Shown here piece by piece: positions 62,708-64,000 of a stretch of 64,000 bases of DNA. Position 1 is the stretch's first letter; every line of letters begins with the position of its first letter. The notes under the pieces were generated by a model that searched no databases, was not told the DNA's origin, and saw only the letters and a list, made by a program, of their open reading frames with translations. The position numbers were made by a program, and so were the translations under genes. The stretch is from Phoronis australis (taxonomy: Eukaryota > Animalia > Phoronida), in the NCBI GenBank assembly GCA_002633005.1, contig NMRA01000617.1, positions 149,682 to 213,681 of the forward strand. The letters run 5' to 3'.

Positions 62708-64000
62708 GACTAATTAAAACATCAATTCAGCTGCTTATACATTCTTTGCTCACAGTGTCAAACTTTCTATTAATACATTGTTCACTTCGTTTTCATAAAA
62801 ATAAACTAGAAAGGTTCAAAATATCGTTCAGAGAAAGTAAAATACATCCAATTGACAAAAAACATCTTTCAAAAAGGTAACACCTCAATCCTACATTGGA
62901 AACTGCACATTACGTATTTCATATAACAATTTTTACTCACAACTAACGTTTCAAAATAAATCATTTAAAAATTATTTTATTTAACATACAACATTAAGAA
63001 ACAGCTTTAAAATTTGCTATCATTTTTATTCAAAATTCACCATTAGAAATCAATGTTCATCTGCCTTTAACCAACATCAACACTGAATACACAATGAGAA
63101 CTGAAGACTACGGCAAATTCACTGATTCCTGAAGAACATCTTTTTCATTTTTAAAAGCTACTGGAAACATTGTCGAGAATGCCTAAAACTTTTTGAAAAC
63201 ATTGTCTCTGATGGTAGCAGTTCTGTGTGAAGTTAAATGACAAAAATATTTATCTAATGTTACTAATCTTTTATAAAAATAGCATTTATTTGGTATAACT
63301 AATCTTTTATTAACAAACAAAATTCCCCTTGTCTGCCATATTGTGTCCTAAATTGGTGAGATTTTACCCAAAGGATTCTTTATGGACCATAATTGTTCAC
63401 AATTTCAAACCTTTGTTTGGCTAACTTGAACTTTTCCTAGTGCTGAACACCACACTCCAAAAGACAAACTGCCCCTGTAAAAATGTTAGAATCAAGCATT
63501 CTTACAACAAATTACTTGTAGCTAAGAATACATTCATTTCAAATCCAATTATAGACAGTAGTCTAACAGAGTGATGTTGATCTATCTGCTCACATGTCAC
63601 AGGATTCAGTTGTACAGCCAAAGTGGTAGTACTCTGCTAGTAATAGTACTTCAGTGAGTTGTAGCAAACTTGCTAAACAAGCCATATGAAAAGGAAAGCA
63701 TGACTGGTGCAAAGTATAACAGTATTTTTGCCATCTCATGACTTGATCAATATTTTATATCAATTATTTCTACTACAATCAGTACTAGCTTAGGGTTCAA
63801 TGACATCTAAATTCTGAAACTTGATAGTCTTAACAAACTCCTGACGCACAATCTTCAGGGCTTGGAATGACCAATCACAAAAAACGCGGAAACTTTTACG
63901 GCCCAAATCATGCCCGATAACCAGCCTTTGAAATGGTCAATGTGAACCTTTCCGCGACAAAAATCGGGGGGACTAAAAAAAAAAAACAAAAAAAAAAAAA

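Noticed and set aside
62088-63680. Candidate upstream TSEN54 exons (~62088-62130, ~63588-63673)
   Set aside because: They have in-frame stops in the required phase 0 and no Sen54 similarity. The 5' exons probably lie beyond the window.

Overview
Eukaryotic DNA, probably from an invertebrate animal: AT-rich, with spliceosomal introns and a high transposon load. It is a draft assembly, with a 626-N gap (8083-8708) and single-N joins at 13781, 29416, 43273 and 57819. Three host genes can be rebuilt by hand: (1) an 8-exon GDA1/CD39-family ecto-NTPDase on + (18934-41111, ~459 aa, all five apyrase-conserved regions, predicted signal peptide and a GPI-like tail); (2) a ZIP (SLC39 subfamily II) metal transporter on - with an intronless CDS (44293-45210); and (3) the last five coding exons of TSEN54 on - (54517-62048). 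The rest is mostly TE debris: a Mutator-like MITE with a 9-bp TSD inside a Gypsy gag, Tc1/mariner remnants, a Helentron-type HINE, a decayed APE-RT LINE, and many Harbinger-, Kolobok- and hAT-like MITEs. Two tandem near-duplicates at single-N joins look like uncollapsed haplotypes. The least explained features are a decayed block of compact ORFs containing a kinase pseudogene (~48.3-52.6 kb, possibly viral or Maverick-derived), a minisatellite built from the TSEN54 last-exon splice acceptor, and one MITE family sitting at the branch-point position of two consecutive NTPDase introns. All alignments and translations were done by eye; no database searches were run.
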